Shown piece by piece: positions 12,591 to 24,678 of a stretch of 64,000 nt of DNA; the first letter of the stretch is position 1, and every line of letters starts with the position of its first letter. The notes beneath the pieces are model-generated. The model did not search any database. It was not told where the DNA came from and saw only the letters and a program-made list of their open reading frames with translations. The DNA comes from Rebecca billardiae RCC1528 (lineage: Eukaryota > Protista > Haptophyta). A program made the position numbers and the translations under genes. The stretch spans positions 372,001 to 436,000 of the forward strand of contig OZ251227.1 of NCBI GenBank assembly GCA_965240325.2, read 5' to 3'.

Positions 12591-13590
12591 TCCCCTTACC
12601 GCAGGTTGCTTCTATACGAAGCAAAGATGGGTTCGCCCCCGCGGGTGCGTGCTCGGCGGGCAGGTGGACGCCACGAGAGGGCGCGCGATGGCTGAGAGGC
12701 ATCTTTGTGAGCATGTTCGTGGGCCACCCGAGCCTCATCGCCGCCGCCCTCCCCCTTCTCCGGTGCCACGGCGTCCAAACGGAGTGCCAAACGAGTGTTC
12801 GAGCACGCCCAGAAGCAAAGTTTTGAGGGGTGCTCAGTTCGCCTCTGAGGTGCTCGTATCGCTGCGGTATGGTGCCGCACGCGGTACCGCATCAGGCGGG
12901 GTGAAGGACGTCACCCGCCGGTCGGCTCTCGGGCTGCCAGTCAGTGCCTGTGGTGCTCGGACGCTGCTCTCCGAGCTCGAGATCCATCATGCGGCTTCCT
13001 GTGTGACGTCGGCAATGAGGAGGGTGTACTTGCGCAGCGGGGCGCGCGCGTCGCGCATGTGATCGACACCGAAACAGACGAAGAAACATGACCGCCCATC
13101 CCGCCGAGCTCCTGGCTGACTTGCACTCGGCAATCACGCCGCGCGCGCGGCCTGCGGCTGCTGCGTGCGGCAAGCCGCCAAGCGTGTCACGCGCGACTGG
13201 CAGGTGAGTGAGTTCAGCGCGACGAGTCATGTGAACGCGCGCAGACCAGCGCGTGCAGTACGTACACCGCCTACAGCCATCTCGACCGATCGCCTACCTG
13301 CCTGAAGCAGCTGCAAGGCGTGCAGCCGGGTGTCGCGGGCACACGGCCAGCCTGGCGGGCACGACACGCACGCCCGTACGGCAGCTCGGCGCGCTGCCGC
13401 GGGATGCCATCGTGGAGGCATTGTAGCTGGAGGGACCAGTCTGGCGGCTGTCTGAGGGTAGCTAGACCATGCCTGCACAGTGTCATGCGGCGTTCAGCGC
13501 CCAAAGACGCCCTGACTGGCCGCAGGGCGCCCTCAGCGGGCGCCGTCAACTTTGCTTCCATACGAAGCAAAGTGAACTGCGGTAAGGGGA
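12591..13590. mobile_element. 1.0-kb non-autonomous TIR element flanked by TA (Tc1/mariner-type target)
   Basis: TCCCCTTACCGCAG at 12591 and its exact reverse complement CTGCGGTAAGGGGA ending at 13590. TA lies on both sides (12589-90, 13591-92). Both ends carry a subterminal palindrome TTGCTTC-N5-GAAGCAA. Confidence 0.8.
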
Positions 13591-13850
13591 TACGACTTAC
13601 GCGAGAGGAGCGAGACTGACGAGACCGAGAGGTCGAGACCGGAGAAAAGGCCGGCAGCACCCAATTAATAAAAGCGCATCCGCGACCAAAAACCTGCCGA
13701 AACTAAAGTCGTAGTCACGATTTATTGCATTTTCCCGCGCAGCAGCGAGCCGCGCTTCCACTGGCGCGCTGCGCGCACGCTGCGTCCCGCGCCCAGTGGC
13801 CTCTCGCGGCGCGCGACGCTTGTGCGCGCGCTCGTGACGCGTGCGGGTTG

Positions 13851-16800
13851 ATGGGGCCGAAGAAGGCGGATAGCAGCGGGGCTGACGCCTCGGCTTATGA
13901 CTCGTGCGTCTCGGACGAGGCCGTGGCCAACGCCTGGCCAAAGGCGCCGACGCCGTGCGATGTCGCCCTGCCGCACGACATCGCCGCGGAGTGCAACAAG
14001 GCGAAGCTGGACAGGGGGACGATAGCGTGGACGCAAGTGCGTGATGCCGCGCGACCGATGCGATCATGCCACCGCGCGCATGCACCCGCGCGAGCCACCT
14101 GCAGCGCGAAGCGCTGACGCGGACGCTCTCGCGTGGCTGTGCACGCGCGGACCGCGCGTACACCGCGCACCGCGCACCGCACCGTCACGGCGCGCAGAAT
14201 CTGCTCAATGTGTCGCACAACCTGATCGAGAAGCACAGCGGATCGGCCGACCTGCTCGGCTACGCGCTGCTCTTCGCGCGCGCGGGTGCGTCGCGCGCTG
14301 CGCGCGGCGTTGCGCCATGCAGCCAGAGGTCGCAGGCCGCGCGCGCACTCGCGCGCAACCTCCCACCCGCGCCGCTCGCGACCCGGTGCGCCTGACGCCG
14401 CCTCTGCCGCGCGTGCACGGTGCGCACACGGCCGCGTCTCCCTCTCTCGGCTGCTCACGCACGCGCGCGCAGCGCTGAACTTTGGCGCAAACGTGAGTGG
14501 CGCGAGCGCGCGCGGCCCGCGCACTCTGGCGCGCTCGCCAGCCCGCGCTCACACTGGCTCGCGTACCGTGCGTGCGCTGCTGCGCGCACCGTCGGGCGTC
14601 GCCGGCCGCGCGCGCAGAAGATGGATGACGAGTCGACCATCATGTTCCTCAAGGCGCTGGCGCACGCCGTCGAGAAGTCGCCGGCCGAGAAGTCGCCGTT
14701 TGCGCTGAACGCGCTCACGCGCTGCCCGAGCGAGGGCGTGCTCGATGGGCTGGGCAGCCTCGGCGAGGCCGTGAAGGATCTGTGCGAGAAGATCGCGCAG
14801 GACGCGGACGTCCAGGTCGTGAGCAGGCGCACCGAGGAGGAGAAGCAGGCGAAAGCGACCAGCTCCCTCGCGCCCACGGCCCGCTCGGAGCGCAAGCAGA
14901 AGTTAAGCGCGGACAGCTTTGGCTTTGAGTGCGCCAAGAGGGGCGTGTACGGCTTCACGTTCGCCGAGCAGGTGGCGGTGCTCCTCCTGACGACGATGGG
15001 CAACACGCACAAGGTGCCCCAGAACGTGCGCCACATGTGGGGCGGACGGATCGCGACGCTCGACACGGGCGCCCTCGTCCGGAACCGGCTCCAGCGCATC
15101 AGCGACGCGCTCCTCGACGCGCAGAAGCCGCGGGGCGACGGCGAGCAGGAGCGTTTCGCCAAGCTGGCCACCGAGCTGCGCGAGGGCGCGCAGCTGTGCG
15201 CGGTGCTGCTGCCCAGGGACAAGGGCGCGGTGGCGAGCGTGGCGCGCGTGCTCTTCGGCTTCACGGTCCTCATCTTCGACACGACCGTGCTCAGCAGCCA
15301 CAAGGGCGTGCGATCCAAGCCGCGCGGCGCCGTGCGTGCGCCCGAGCTGGAGCAGCTGTACACGACCGCGCGGGAGCTGATGGACGACGTGGTCGCGGTG
15401 CTCGAGAAGGCGGACGCGACCGATGCGGAGCTCAAGTGCTACCGCCTGGCGCGCGAGCTCCGCGACGCGCTCGAGCCGACCGCTGCCGCCAAGGCGAAGG
15501 GCGCCGACGCGTCCAAGGGCCGCACGCTCAAGCAGATCGCCCCCGAGGTGCTCAAGGCGCACGACGCCTTCGTGCACGAGCTCAAGCCCAAGGTGGACGA
15601 GGTGCGCGCGCAGGAGTCTCGCGGAGACCGCGCCGACCCCGACGACCTGCCGCGCGCCTACCTCTCGACGCTGATCGGCTGCTCGCACGCGCTGTACAAA
15701 ATGCTGCTCAGCGGGCAGCGCGGGGTCGAGGCGAACAAGGTGCTCAAGGCGCTGCTCCCCCTCTGGTGCCGCCGCCAGCTGAACGACAGTGTCGCGTCCA
15801 ACGTGGTCCCGCTCGCGCCGGTGGTGCACCTCGTGAGCTCGGCGCTGAGGGACGCGATGCAGGCGGCGACCTTGCGGTCGCTCGTGTACACGCATCTGCG
15901 CGAGAGCATCGCGCAGGCCGTGGCGATCAAGGCGAGCGGCGGCGAGCGCGAGCAGTTAGTCGCGGCGGTCGCGTCCGAGACCTTGCTGCAGGTGCAGATG
16001 ATGGTCGGCTCGGACTCGGAGAGAAACCCGCCGTGGTGGGGCGAGCTGATGCCCGAGCTGGTCCTGCCGGCCGAGGACGACGACGAGCGGCGCCAGCCGC
16101 TCGCGCCCGCTGTCTTCCAGGTCACCGCCATCGCGGGCTGCTGGCCGGCGGCCGCGCTGCAGGACGACGGCGGCGCTGAGGCGCTCTTCGAGTTCCTCGA
16201 GGCGGCGTGGAAGCGCGTGCTGTGGCACCCGACCCACCTCAAGGCGCAGTTCTTCTTGATCGAGAGCGGCGTGCTCAAGCAGAAGTCGGACAAGGCGACG
16301 CTCGCGTTCGCGCGCGCGCTGCCCGCGGCGCTCACCTTCACGCTCGCGCGCGCGCGCGGCGGCAAGGAGTCGGTGCTCGCGTTCAAGATCGTGACCGAGG
16401 CCGTGCCGCCGCTGTTCGACATGCCGTCGACGTCCTCGGCCGACGGCGCGCTGGCGGTCGGCAAGCAGCTGTTGCGGCACAAGGTGCTCGAGGCGCTGCT
16501 GCGCGCCCACCACGCCGGCCTCGCGGGCGCGCCGCTCGACTCGTCGCAGCTCGAGGAGCTCCTCGCCGCCTTCTTCTCGATGCACACCGTGCTGACGCGC
16601 GCCTTCCCGCCGACCGGCCGGATGGCGACGCTGTGCGTGCGCAAGGCGCTGCACACGATGGCGGACAACCCCGAGCAGCGGCGCGCGTTCCGCGCGGGCG
16701 TGCGCCGCGTGGTCGCCATGGCGGAGAGCGAGGATCGGCTGATCAAGTTCCTCCGCCACCTGCTCGGCAAGCTCAGCCAGGACGAGGGCGCGGACGACGA

Positions 16801-19800
16801 GCGCGCGCGCGAGGAGGACGAGCGCTCGTGCGCGCCGCTGGCTGACATCCGCGCGGCGCTCGCGGGCGACGGCGAGGACGAGCTGGACGAGGGCGGCGGC
16901 GGCGCTGGCGCGCAAGGCGCTCGCGGGCTGTCCTCGAGCGCTTCTTCCGGCGCGCCCGCCTCGGACGACGCGGGCAGCGCGGGGAGGCGGCGGGAAGTCC
17001 CCGGCAGGCGGGCGGGTGCGCTGATTAAGCTCATAGGCGACTACCAGACCGAACTCCTCGTCAACCTCGAGCGCCTCGGGCTGATCGAGCCGCTGATCGC
17101 GATCGGCGAGCAGGAGGCGGAGAGGCTCGAGCGCGCGCCGCCGCCCGGGGCAGCCGTTCCGGGCGCCGACTCCTCCGACAGCGACGACGAGGTGGTGTCG
17201 AGCGCGGCCGGCGGCGACGGTGGCGGCGGCGGCGCGTGCGTGCGCTACTTCCGCCGGTGGTGCGCGCGCGTGATCTGTGCCATCTACGAGTCGAAGTGGG
17301 GCAGGTCCGACGTCGAGGATACCGGCACGGGCATGATCGGCGCGGAGTACGTGGCCCTCTGGTACGAGGCGGGCCTGCTCGCGCGGCTGCCGGGCGGGCA
17401 CTCTGTGCAGATTCGCAGCGCTGAGGGGGGCATGGTGCAGAGACTCATCAACGCCTGTGTCGAGCTGAGCTTGCGGCGCGACGAGCCAGCCTCGCTCTCG
17501 CTGGACAAGGCCTCGCGCGAGTTCGCCAAAGGGCCGCGCGCCGAGTCCTCCGGCGTGCTCCACAAGCTCTGGCGCGGCGTCGAGTCGATGCCGCGCGAGC
17601 AGCTCGAGCGCATGCGCTTGATCGTGCCGGCGGTGCTCGCGCTGATGAGTCGGCTGCTCGCCGACCCGCGGCTGCTCTCGAGGCTGCTCGAGGCGGCGTT
17701 CGAGGACGAGCCGGAGGAGCTGTTCAGCGCGCTGCGGGCGGCGCTACTCGTGCTCCAGCCGGCCGAGGCGCACGTCGCCGCGGAGTACTACGTCTTCGCG
17801 TACGAACTCTTCCCCGACCCGCTCCTGGAGGTGCTCAAGTACTGGCTCAAGACGTGCCCGGCCGCGCGGATCGTCGTCACCTTGGCCGGACCGTTGGAGT
17901 GCGAGCTGCGGGCGGTGTGCCTCGCCGCGGCGGCGATCGTGCGCGGGGAGCTGGGCGACGGGCCGATCCTGCGCATCTCCGTGCCGAACGAGACCATCGC
18001 GACCGCGCTGCTCGCGCTGCCCAAGCCGGTGCTGGGCGAGCGCGCGGAGCTGGACCCGGTCGTGGACGCGGTCGGGCAGCTGCTGCTGTCCGCGGGCAGG
18101 ATCGAGACCACCGAGCGCGGCAACGCGCGCGGCAACGCGCTCGGCACGAGGCTCGAGCTGCACCGCGCGGGCGGGATCACGGCAGCCACGCGGCACATCC
18201 GCGAGAGCGTGCTCCGCATGCACCGCTGGCAGCCACTGCCGCTCGAGGTGCTGCAGGAGCGCGCCGCCTACTCGCCCTCCGGCAAGACCCAGTCTCGGGC
18301 CCACGTGAAGGAGTTCGCGAAGGGGCTGCTGCGCAAACAGCACAGCTGGGCGGCCGATCTGCTGCACGTCAGCGCGGCGTACGCGAAGCAAGCGCACATC
18401 AAACTCGAGCCCACGCCCGAGCCCTCCCTCCGGACGCTCGAGTCCGGGCTGCTGCACAACGTGCTGCTGTGCGCGCGCGCGGGCGCGGCGCCGGCAGGGG
18501 CGCCCGCCGAGGCCGAGGCGGACGCCCTCGGCGCGTCCAAGGCGGCGGCCGAACTCAACACCGCGCGCGCGGAGCGGGTGCTCTCCTCGAGCTTCCGCGC
18601 CGGACTCGCCATGCTCACGGCCGACGAGCCCGAGCGCGAGTCGAGGATCGGCATGTGCGCTCTGTACGGCGTCGCGCTCGCCAAGGGGCCCAGCCCCGCG
18701 CCCAAGCTGCTGGCCGAGCTGGCCGAGCCGAGCGGCGCCCTGCACGCGCTGGCGGAGAGGCTCGAGATGCCAGACTTCATCGGCCTCGCGCACACCCTGG
18801 TGCGCGCGCGCGCGTGATCCCGCGCGTGCGTGCCGCCCTCGCGCAGCGCGCGCTCATGCGCGGCCCGCGCTGCTGCCGCGCTGCTGCCGCGCTGCTGCCG
18901 CGCTGCTGCCGCGCTGCTGCCGCGCTGCTGCCGCGCTGCTGCCGCGCTGCTGCCGCGCTGCTGCCGCGCTGCTGCCGCGCCGCGCAGAGCACGAGCCTCC
19001 TCCGGCCCGAGGCGGTGGAGCGAGGGCTGGCGCCGATCGACTCCGCCGCGCTCGCGGCGCGCGCGGAGCGCATCGCGCCCGTGCTCTCGCTGCCCTGCGC
19101 CGAGCTCGGCGCGATGTGCTCCTTCGATCTCCCGAGCTCCCTCGGCGCCGTGCCCGAGTTCGCCAAGGCGCACTGGCGCTCTGAGAGCAGGCCAAAGCAG
19201 CCCAAGCTGGTGAAGGACCACAACAAGGAGGCCGTGCGCGCGTACCCCGCGCTGCTCAACGCTGCGCGCGTGCTCCTCGCCGACACGCCCGGCACGGCCG
19301 AGCCGCTGGACACGCGCACCCTCGTGCGCGACCTCTCGCGCGCGTGCCATCAGCTGCAGCGCGTGTACAACCTGCCGGACGAACACTCGGCGGGCGGCGC
19401 GCTCGCGGACGAGCTCGCCGTGATCGGCGCGGCGGCCGAGCTGATGGAGCTGAGCGCGGATGGCACGCTGCACGTCGTGCTGCACCCGGAGCGGCAGCGG
19501 CAGCTCGCCGCGGCGCGCGCGCACGCGCCCGCCGCCGCCGACGATCCGCCCGCGGCGGACGCGCCGAGCGCGCACGCGCCCGCCGCCGCCGATGCGGACG
19601 CGGACGCCGCGCGCGCGCGCGAGCGCCTCAGCGATCTCGTGAGCGCCGACACGCGCTTCAGCCGCCTGCTGCTGCCCTCGTCCAAGGCGTGCGACGAGGC
19701 GACCAAGTCCATGGCGCAGGCGGTCGAGGTGCTCGAGCACCTCTCCAACGCGGTCGTGCTCGCCAACCACATCGTCGATGGCGAGGCGCTGCCGGCGCGC

Positions 19801-22781
19801 GAGGTGCCGCCGGGCTCGCCCGAGCGCGCGGCCGTCGCGGACGCGATGGCCGAGACGGTGCGCGCGCTGCGCCACATGCGGCCTCTGCGCGTGCTGGTGA
19901 ACGCGGCCGCGTTCGCCGCGGGGTACTTCCTGCACCACGCGCTCGGCGCGCTCGAGGAGCGCGCGACCGAGCTCGCGCGCGCCGCCGAGCGCGAGGCGGC
20001 CGCGACCTACATCGAGGCGCTGGAGGAGGAGGAGGGCGCGGCGAAGGCGAGGAAGGGCGCGAGGAAGGGGCGCGGCGGCGCGGCGGGCGCGGCGCCCGTC
20101 GGCACGCTCACGCCCGCCTCCCCCGCCGAGCCGCGCGGTGGCGGCGGCTCCGACGACGGCGGCGGCTCGAGCGACGACGCGGACGACGCGGACGACGACT
20201 CGAGCCTGCTGCAGATGGTGCGCACCAAGGAGAGGGCGATGGCGGCGGGCGGCAGCGGGAGCAAGGTGGCGACCGCGGCGGATGTTGTCGGCGTGGAGGC
20301 CACGGCGAACGGCGGCTCTGCTGAGCGCGCGCACGGCGGCAAGGCGGCGAGCGGCGCGGCGCGCGGCGCGGCGGGCGCGGCGGGCGGTGCTGACAAGCCG
20401 CCGCCACCGGCGCAGCAGCAGCAGCAGCAGCAGCAGCAGCCGGCCGCGCAGCCGCGCGCGTCGGCCAAGCCGGCAGCTGGCGCGGCAGCCGCAGCGGCCG
20501 ATGGCGGGGGCGCGCCTGCCAAGGGGGCGGCCGCGGCATCGGCCAAGCAGCCGCCGGGGAAGGCCGGGGCGGCGGTGGCGGCGGATGCGGGCAAGCCTGC
20601 GCGCGCAGCCGGCGCGCACTCTGCAGAGGGCGGCGCCGCAGAGGGCGCGGGCAAGCAGAGCCGAGCGCCGCCGGCGTCGAGACGCGAGGCCGAGCGGGCG
20701 AAGCTCGAGCTGGAGCGCGCCCTTGCCATCTCGCAGCAGGAGCAGCAGCAGGAGCAGGACACGGAGCTCTGCCCAAAGTGTAACCGGCGCTTCGAGCTGC
20801 TTTTGCTCATTACGCACGCGGGCGAGTGCGACGGCGAGGAGCAGTCGGCGCGCGCCGACGCGGGCGGCGGCGGCGGCGGCGGTGGCCGCCGCGGTGGCGG
20901 CGGCGGCAGCGGCGGCGGCGGCGGCGATGGCGGCGGTGGCGGCGGCGGCGGCGGCAAGCAGCACGGCGGCGGCAGCGCTGGCGGCAGCAAGCCGCCACCC
21001 CGAGCTGCAGCGGCGGCGGCAGCCGAACCAGCCGCGCCGTCGCCTCCGCCACCCAGCGCTGCGCAGCCGGCGCGGCAGCCCGCGCCCGCGCCCCGCGCCC
21101 CGCAGCCGGCGCGGCCGGCAGCGCCGCAGCAGGAGCGCGCTGCAGCCGCCACCGGGGCAGCGGCTGTGTCGCAGCCGCAGCCGCAGCCGCCGCTGCCGGC
21201 AGCGCCAACCGACGTCGCTCGCGCAGCCGCCGCCGCGCAGCCGCCCCAGCCCCAGCCCCAGCCCGCGCCGGCGCGGCTGCCGATACACGCGGACGGGCAG
21301 GGCGCCGCCGCCGCCAAGCCAGCGGCGCCGCGCGCGGCGCCGAGGGCTGAGGTGCCGGCTGCCGGCGCGGCGCGCGACGCCGCCGCGCCGCCGCCCTCGC
21401 GCGGCGCCGCGGCCGCCGCCGCCACCACCGGCGGCCGCCACCCGCGCGCGGCGGAGGCGGAGCGCATGGCGCTGAAGCAGCTGAAGGAATACCGCTCGAG
21501 CGTGTACGAGCAGGGCGGGCAGCGGATGGGCGTGTGGGTGCCCGCCAACGTGGTGCCCTACCTGATCGGCCAGCGCGGCGAGCGGATCAAGACCATGCGC
21601 GAGGCGAGCAACGCGTACATCGAGCCCGTGCCCAAGGAGCAGAAGGGCGCCGAGTACAAGATGAACAACGTGCTCTGCCGCAAGGTGCTGATCGCGCACG
21701 GCTCGTGCTCCAACATGGACGCGAGCGCGGTCACCAAGCCGTGCGAGCCGCGCGAGTTCGAGCGAGCGCGCGCGCGCATCGACACGGTGCTGCGCCAAAA
21801 GTGGAAGGAGGACCTGAGGCTGCACGTGGACAAGCTGCTCAAGAACATGCCGGCGCTGCCGCCCAAGCCGGCGCCGCCCGCGCAGCACGCGCCGCCCGCG
21901 CAGCCAGCGAGTGCGCCGCCGCCGCCACAGCACGCCGCGCCGCCGGCGCAGCCCGCGCCCACGGCGCCGGCCATGGCGCAGCCGGCGGTGCCGCCGAGCG
22001 CGCAGCCGATGGCAACGCCGCGGATGATGGCGCAGCCGATGGCGATGCCGATGGCGCAGCCGAGGCGCGGCCCCGCGCCGGGCGCTGACGACGGCGCTGC
22101 TCCGCAGCGGGCGCGCCCAGCCGCCCAGCCGGGCGCGCGCGGGGCCGGCCCGGACGCCGACAGCTGGAGGCACGTCGGTACCACGGCGGAGGCGGCCACG
22201 CATCCTGTGCTGCCGGCAGCACACGCGCGCCCGGAGCTGCCGGCTCCGCCGCCGGGCGCCGACGCGTTCGCGCACGCGCGGCCTCCGCCGCCGCCCGCCG
22301 CCGAGCCCGTGCCCGCGCGGACGCCCCTGCCGCCGGCCTCCATGCCCGCCGTCCAACCCCTCTGGCTGGACGGAAGTGCGTTCCCGGAGCTCGGCAGTGC
22401 GCCGGCGCGCCGGCCGCCCACGTCTGCGGAGGCCGCGCACCCGCCGCCGCCGCTGGGGCCGGGCGACGAGCTCTGGCGTGCGGGCTCCGTGCCGGGCGCG
22501 CTCGACGGCGGCGTGTACAACTGCGCGCACGCCATGCCTCACACGCCGTACGGCGCCGCACACCGCGCCAACCCGTTCGCCCCGCCCGGCGCATTCGGCG
22601 CGGGCGCGGTCGACGTCGCTGGCATGGCAGACCCGCTCGGCGCCGAGGCCGCGATGATGATGATCCCGCCGCCGCCGCCGCCGCCATTCATGATGGAGGA
22701 CGACGTGCCCGCGCGGGTGATGCAGCTGCCGCCGCCGCCGCCGCCGGACGAGCTGCCGGACGCGGCGCTCGCGGGCATGGA

Positions 22782-22813
<32 letters not shown>

Positions 22814-24167
22814 ACGCCGACCCGGGGTACGTGACTGGCGACGAGGTCGAGGACAACAACCCGTTCGCGACGGAGGTCGGCTCGCTCCTCAACCGCGCGG
22901 GTGCGCTCACGCGCCGCGCCGCGCGTCACGGCGCGCGCGGCCCGCTGCTGGTCCGGGGGCAGGATTCGAGCGGCGCTGAGCGGCGCGCATCGCCCTTGCC
23001 ACCTGCCTCCCTGGCGCGCGCCCTCGCGTGCGCAGGTGCGAACACGTGCTTCGTCAACGTGATCATCCAGATGCTCTGGGGCGTCGACGCCTTCCGCGAG
23101 GCCTTCTTCGAGCAGCGGCTGTCGCACAAGTGCGCGCGCGGCGCCGACGGCTGCGTGTTCTGCGCGACCGCGCAGATCTTCGAGTCGCTCAACGCGAAGG
23201 TGCAGTCGCAGCTCACGACGCCGGCGTCGGCGGAGGTGCTGCAGCGCGCGGTGAGCGTGCTCAACACCAACTTCGAGTTTGGCGAGAAGCAGGACGCCAC
23301 CGAGGTGCACGAGGCCATCCTGCACGGTGCGGGCCGCGCGCGCACGGCGCGCGCCCGGCCCGCGCGCGCCGGCGAGCGCGCGCTGACCCGAGCGCGCGCG
23401 GCCCCGCGGCCGCACTCGGCCCGAGCAGGCCTGCACAACGCGTTGTCGACGGGCGCGGAGGACGAGGACGACACGTTCGTGCGCGCCATCTTCAACAACG
23501 CCATCGAGGAGAACGTGACGTGCCAGGCGTGCAGCCACGTCGAGAAGCCGCACGTGTACGACACGTGGGCCGAGTACGTGTACTCGTTTGAGCTGATGGC
23601 GTCCATCGACTGCAACGGTGCGCGCGCGCGCGGCGGGCGGCGGTGCGCGCGGCCGTGGCGACAGAGCTGATCGCCTTTCCGGCCGCCGCGCGCGCCCGCG
23701 CTCGCGCAGGCGGCGGCGAGCGTCGCCGCTTCGACGCGGTGCTGCGCGAGCTCGTGGGCTCGTACCCGGGCAAGTGCCAAAACCCAAAGTGTGAGCAGGA
23801 CGTGTCGCTGTGTAAGCGGCAGCGCTCCGACCCACGCGTGTACTCGATCGTGATCGTGCACCCGAGCGGCTCCGAGTCGCAGGAGGACATCCGGAAGGCG
23901 CTCGACGCGGTCGACGACGTGATCGACGTGTCGGCGGTGTACACCGACGTCAGCGCGCCCCCGCGCGTCGCGCGCCTGAAGCACATCAACGCGTACGCGC
24001 TGGCGCACTACGTCGCGTTCACGTGGAGCGAGCCGCTGGGCGCGTGGCTGCTGCGCGACGACACGATGTGCAAGGTGGTCGGCCCCACATTCGAGGACGT
24101 GAAGGCTCGGTGCGTCGCCAACCGCTACCAGCCCGGCCTGCTCTTCTACGAGCGGATAGATTATTGA
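13851..24167 (+). CDS. Giant (~3100 aa) USP53/54-like deubiquitinase with helical N-terminus, UIM, UBZ-like Zn finger and KH domain (paralog 1)
   Basis: ATG 13851 (MGPKKAD). Three short 5' introns, then introns 18800-18987, 22901-23035, 23327-23428 and 23618-23709. Cys box LLNRAGANTCFVN, QDATE, His box HYVAF...WLLRDD, and C-terminal PGLLFYE. UIM-like ELERALAISQQE; CPKC...H...C finger; KH VPYLIGQRGERIKTMREAS. Confidence 0.85.
18867..18979 (+). repeat. 11-bp minisatellite (GCGCTGCTGCC) x ~10 inside an intron of USP paralog 1
   Basis: Perfect tandem units ending just before the CGCGCAG acceptor at 18987. Confidence 0.9.
22666..24156 (+). repeat. USP cassette copy 1, near-identical direct repeat of 34808-36297
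   Basis: Line-by-line comparison shows fewer than about 10 differences over ~1.5 kb, including three introns. Confidence 0.95.
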
Positions 24168-24281
24168 CAGATCAGCAAGTGTATCATTCAACTGACAAGC
24201 AGGATGATGATCGTAGTCAATGACAATGCTAACAGTGCGCACTGTCATAGTCTGTACTTAGCTACGAGTATAGCCTATATC

Positions 24282-24391
24282 TACAGTTTACTATGAAAAA
24301 GAGACGCACACAGCTCAGGCAGGCGACGAGTATTGGCTTACCCCCATACAGTTTACTAAGAATAAGAGACGCACACAGCTCAGGCAGGCGA
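24282..24391 (+). repeat. 45-bp direct repeat x2 (65-bp period) downstream of USP paralog 1
   Basis: TACAGTTTACTA.GAA.AAGAGACGCACACAGCTCAGGCAGGCGA at 24282 and 24347. Confidence 0.85.
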
Positions 24392-24678
24392 GATTGACGC
24401 CCGCCAACTGTCACCGCCCATGAAGCCGTCGCCGATGGTAAGCTAGCGCCGCCGGAAAAATTCGTTCAGCCTCACATCAGCCGTCCGCCTGCGAGGCCTG
24501 GATGAGGGCTGCGGCCGCCTCGCGGCGCGCCAGCGCCCGTCGTCCTCGCCCCACCGTCGTCCACAAAACGTCGTCGTCCGAACTCGCCGACCGGGCGCCG
24601 ATGCAACAGCACGCCGACAGGATGTAGTAGTATGGAACGTGGAGCCCCACTGTCGGTTGGGGAAGGCGTGTATCAAGC

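Noticed and set aside
18268-23835. 1855-aa minus-strand ORF and similar long ORFs (30995-34567, 27686-29902, 8898-10994, most of 6127-9612)
   Set aside because: Antisense or off-frame shadows of real genes in very high-GC DNA; R/A/G/P-rich with no motifs.
24282-24391. Repeat-spacer-repeat resembling a mini CRISPR array
   Set aside because: Only two units with a 20-bp spacer, eukaryotic context and no cas genes.
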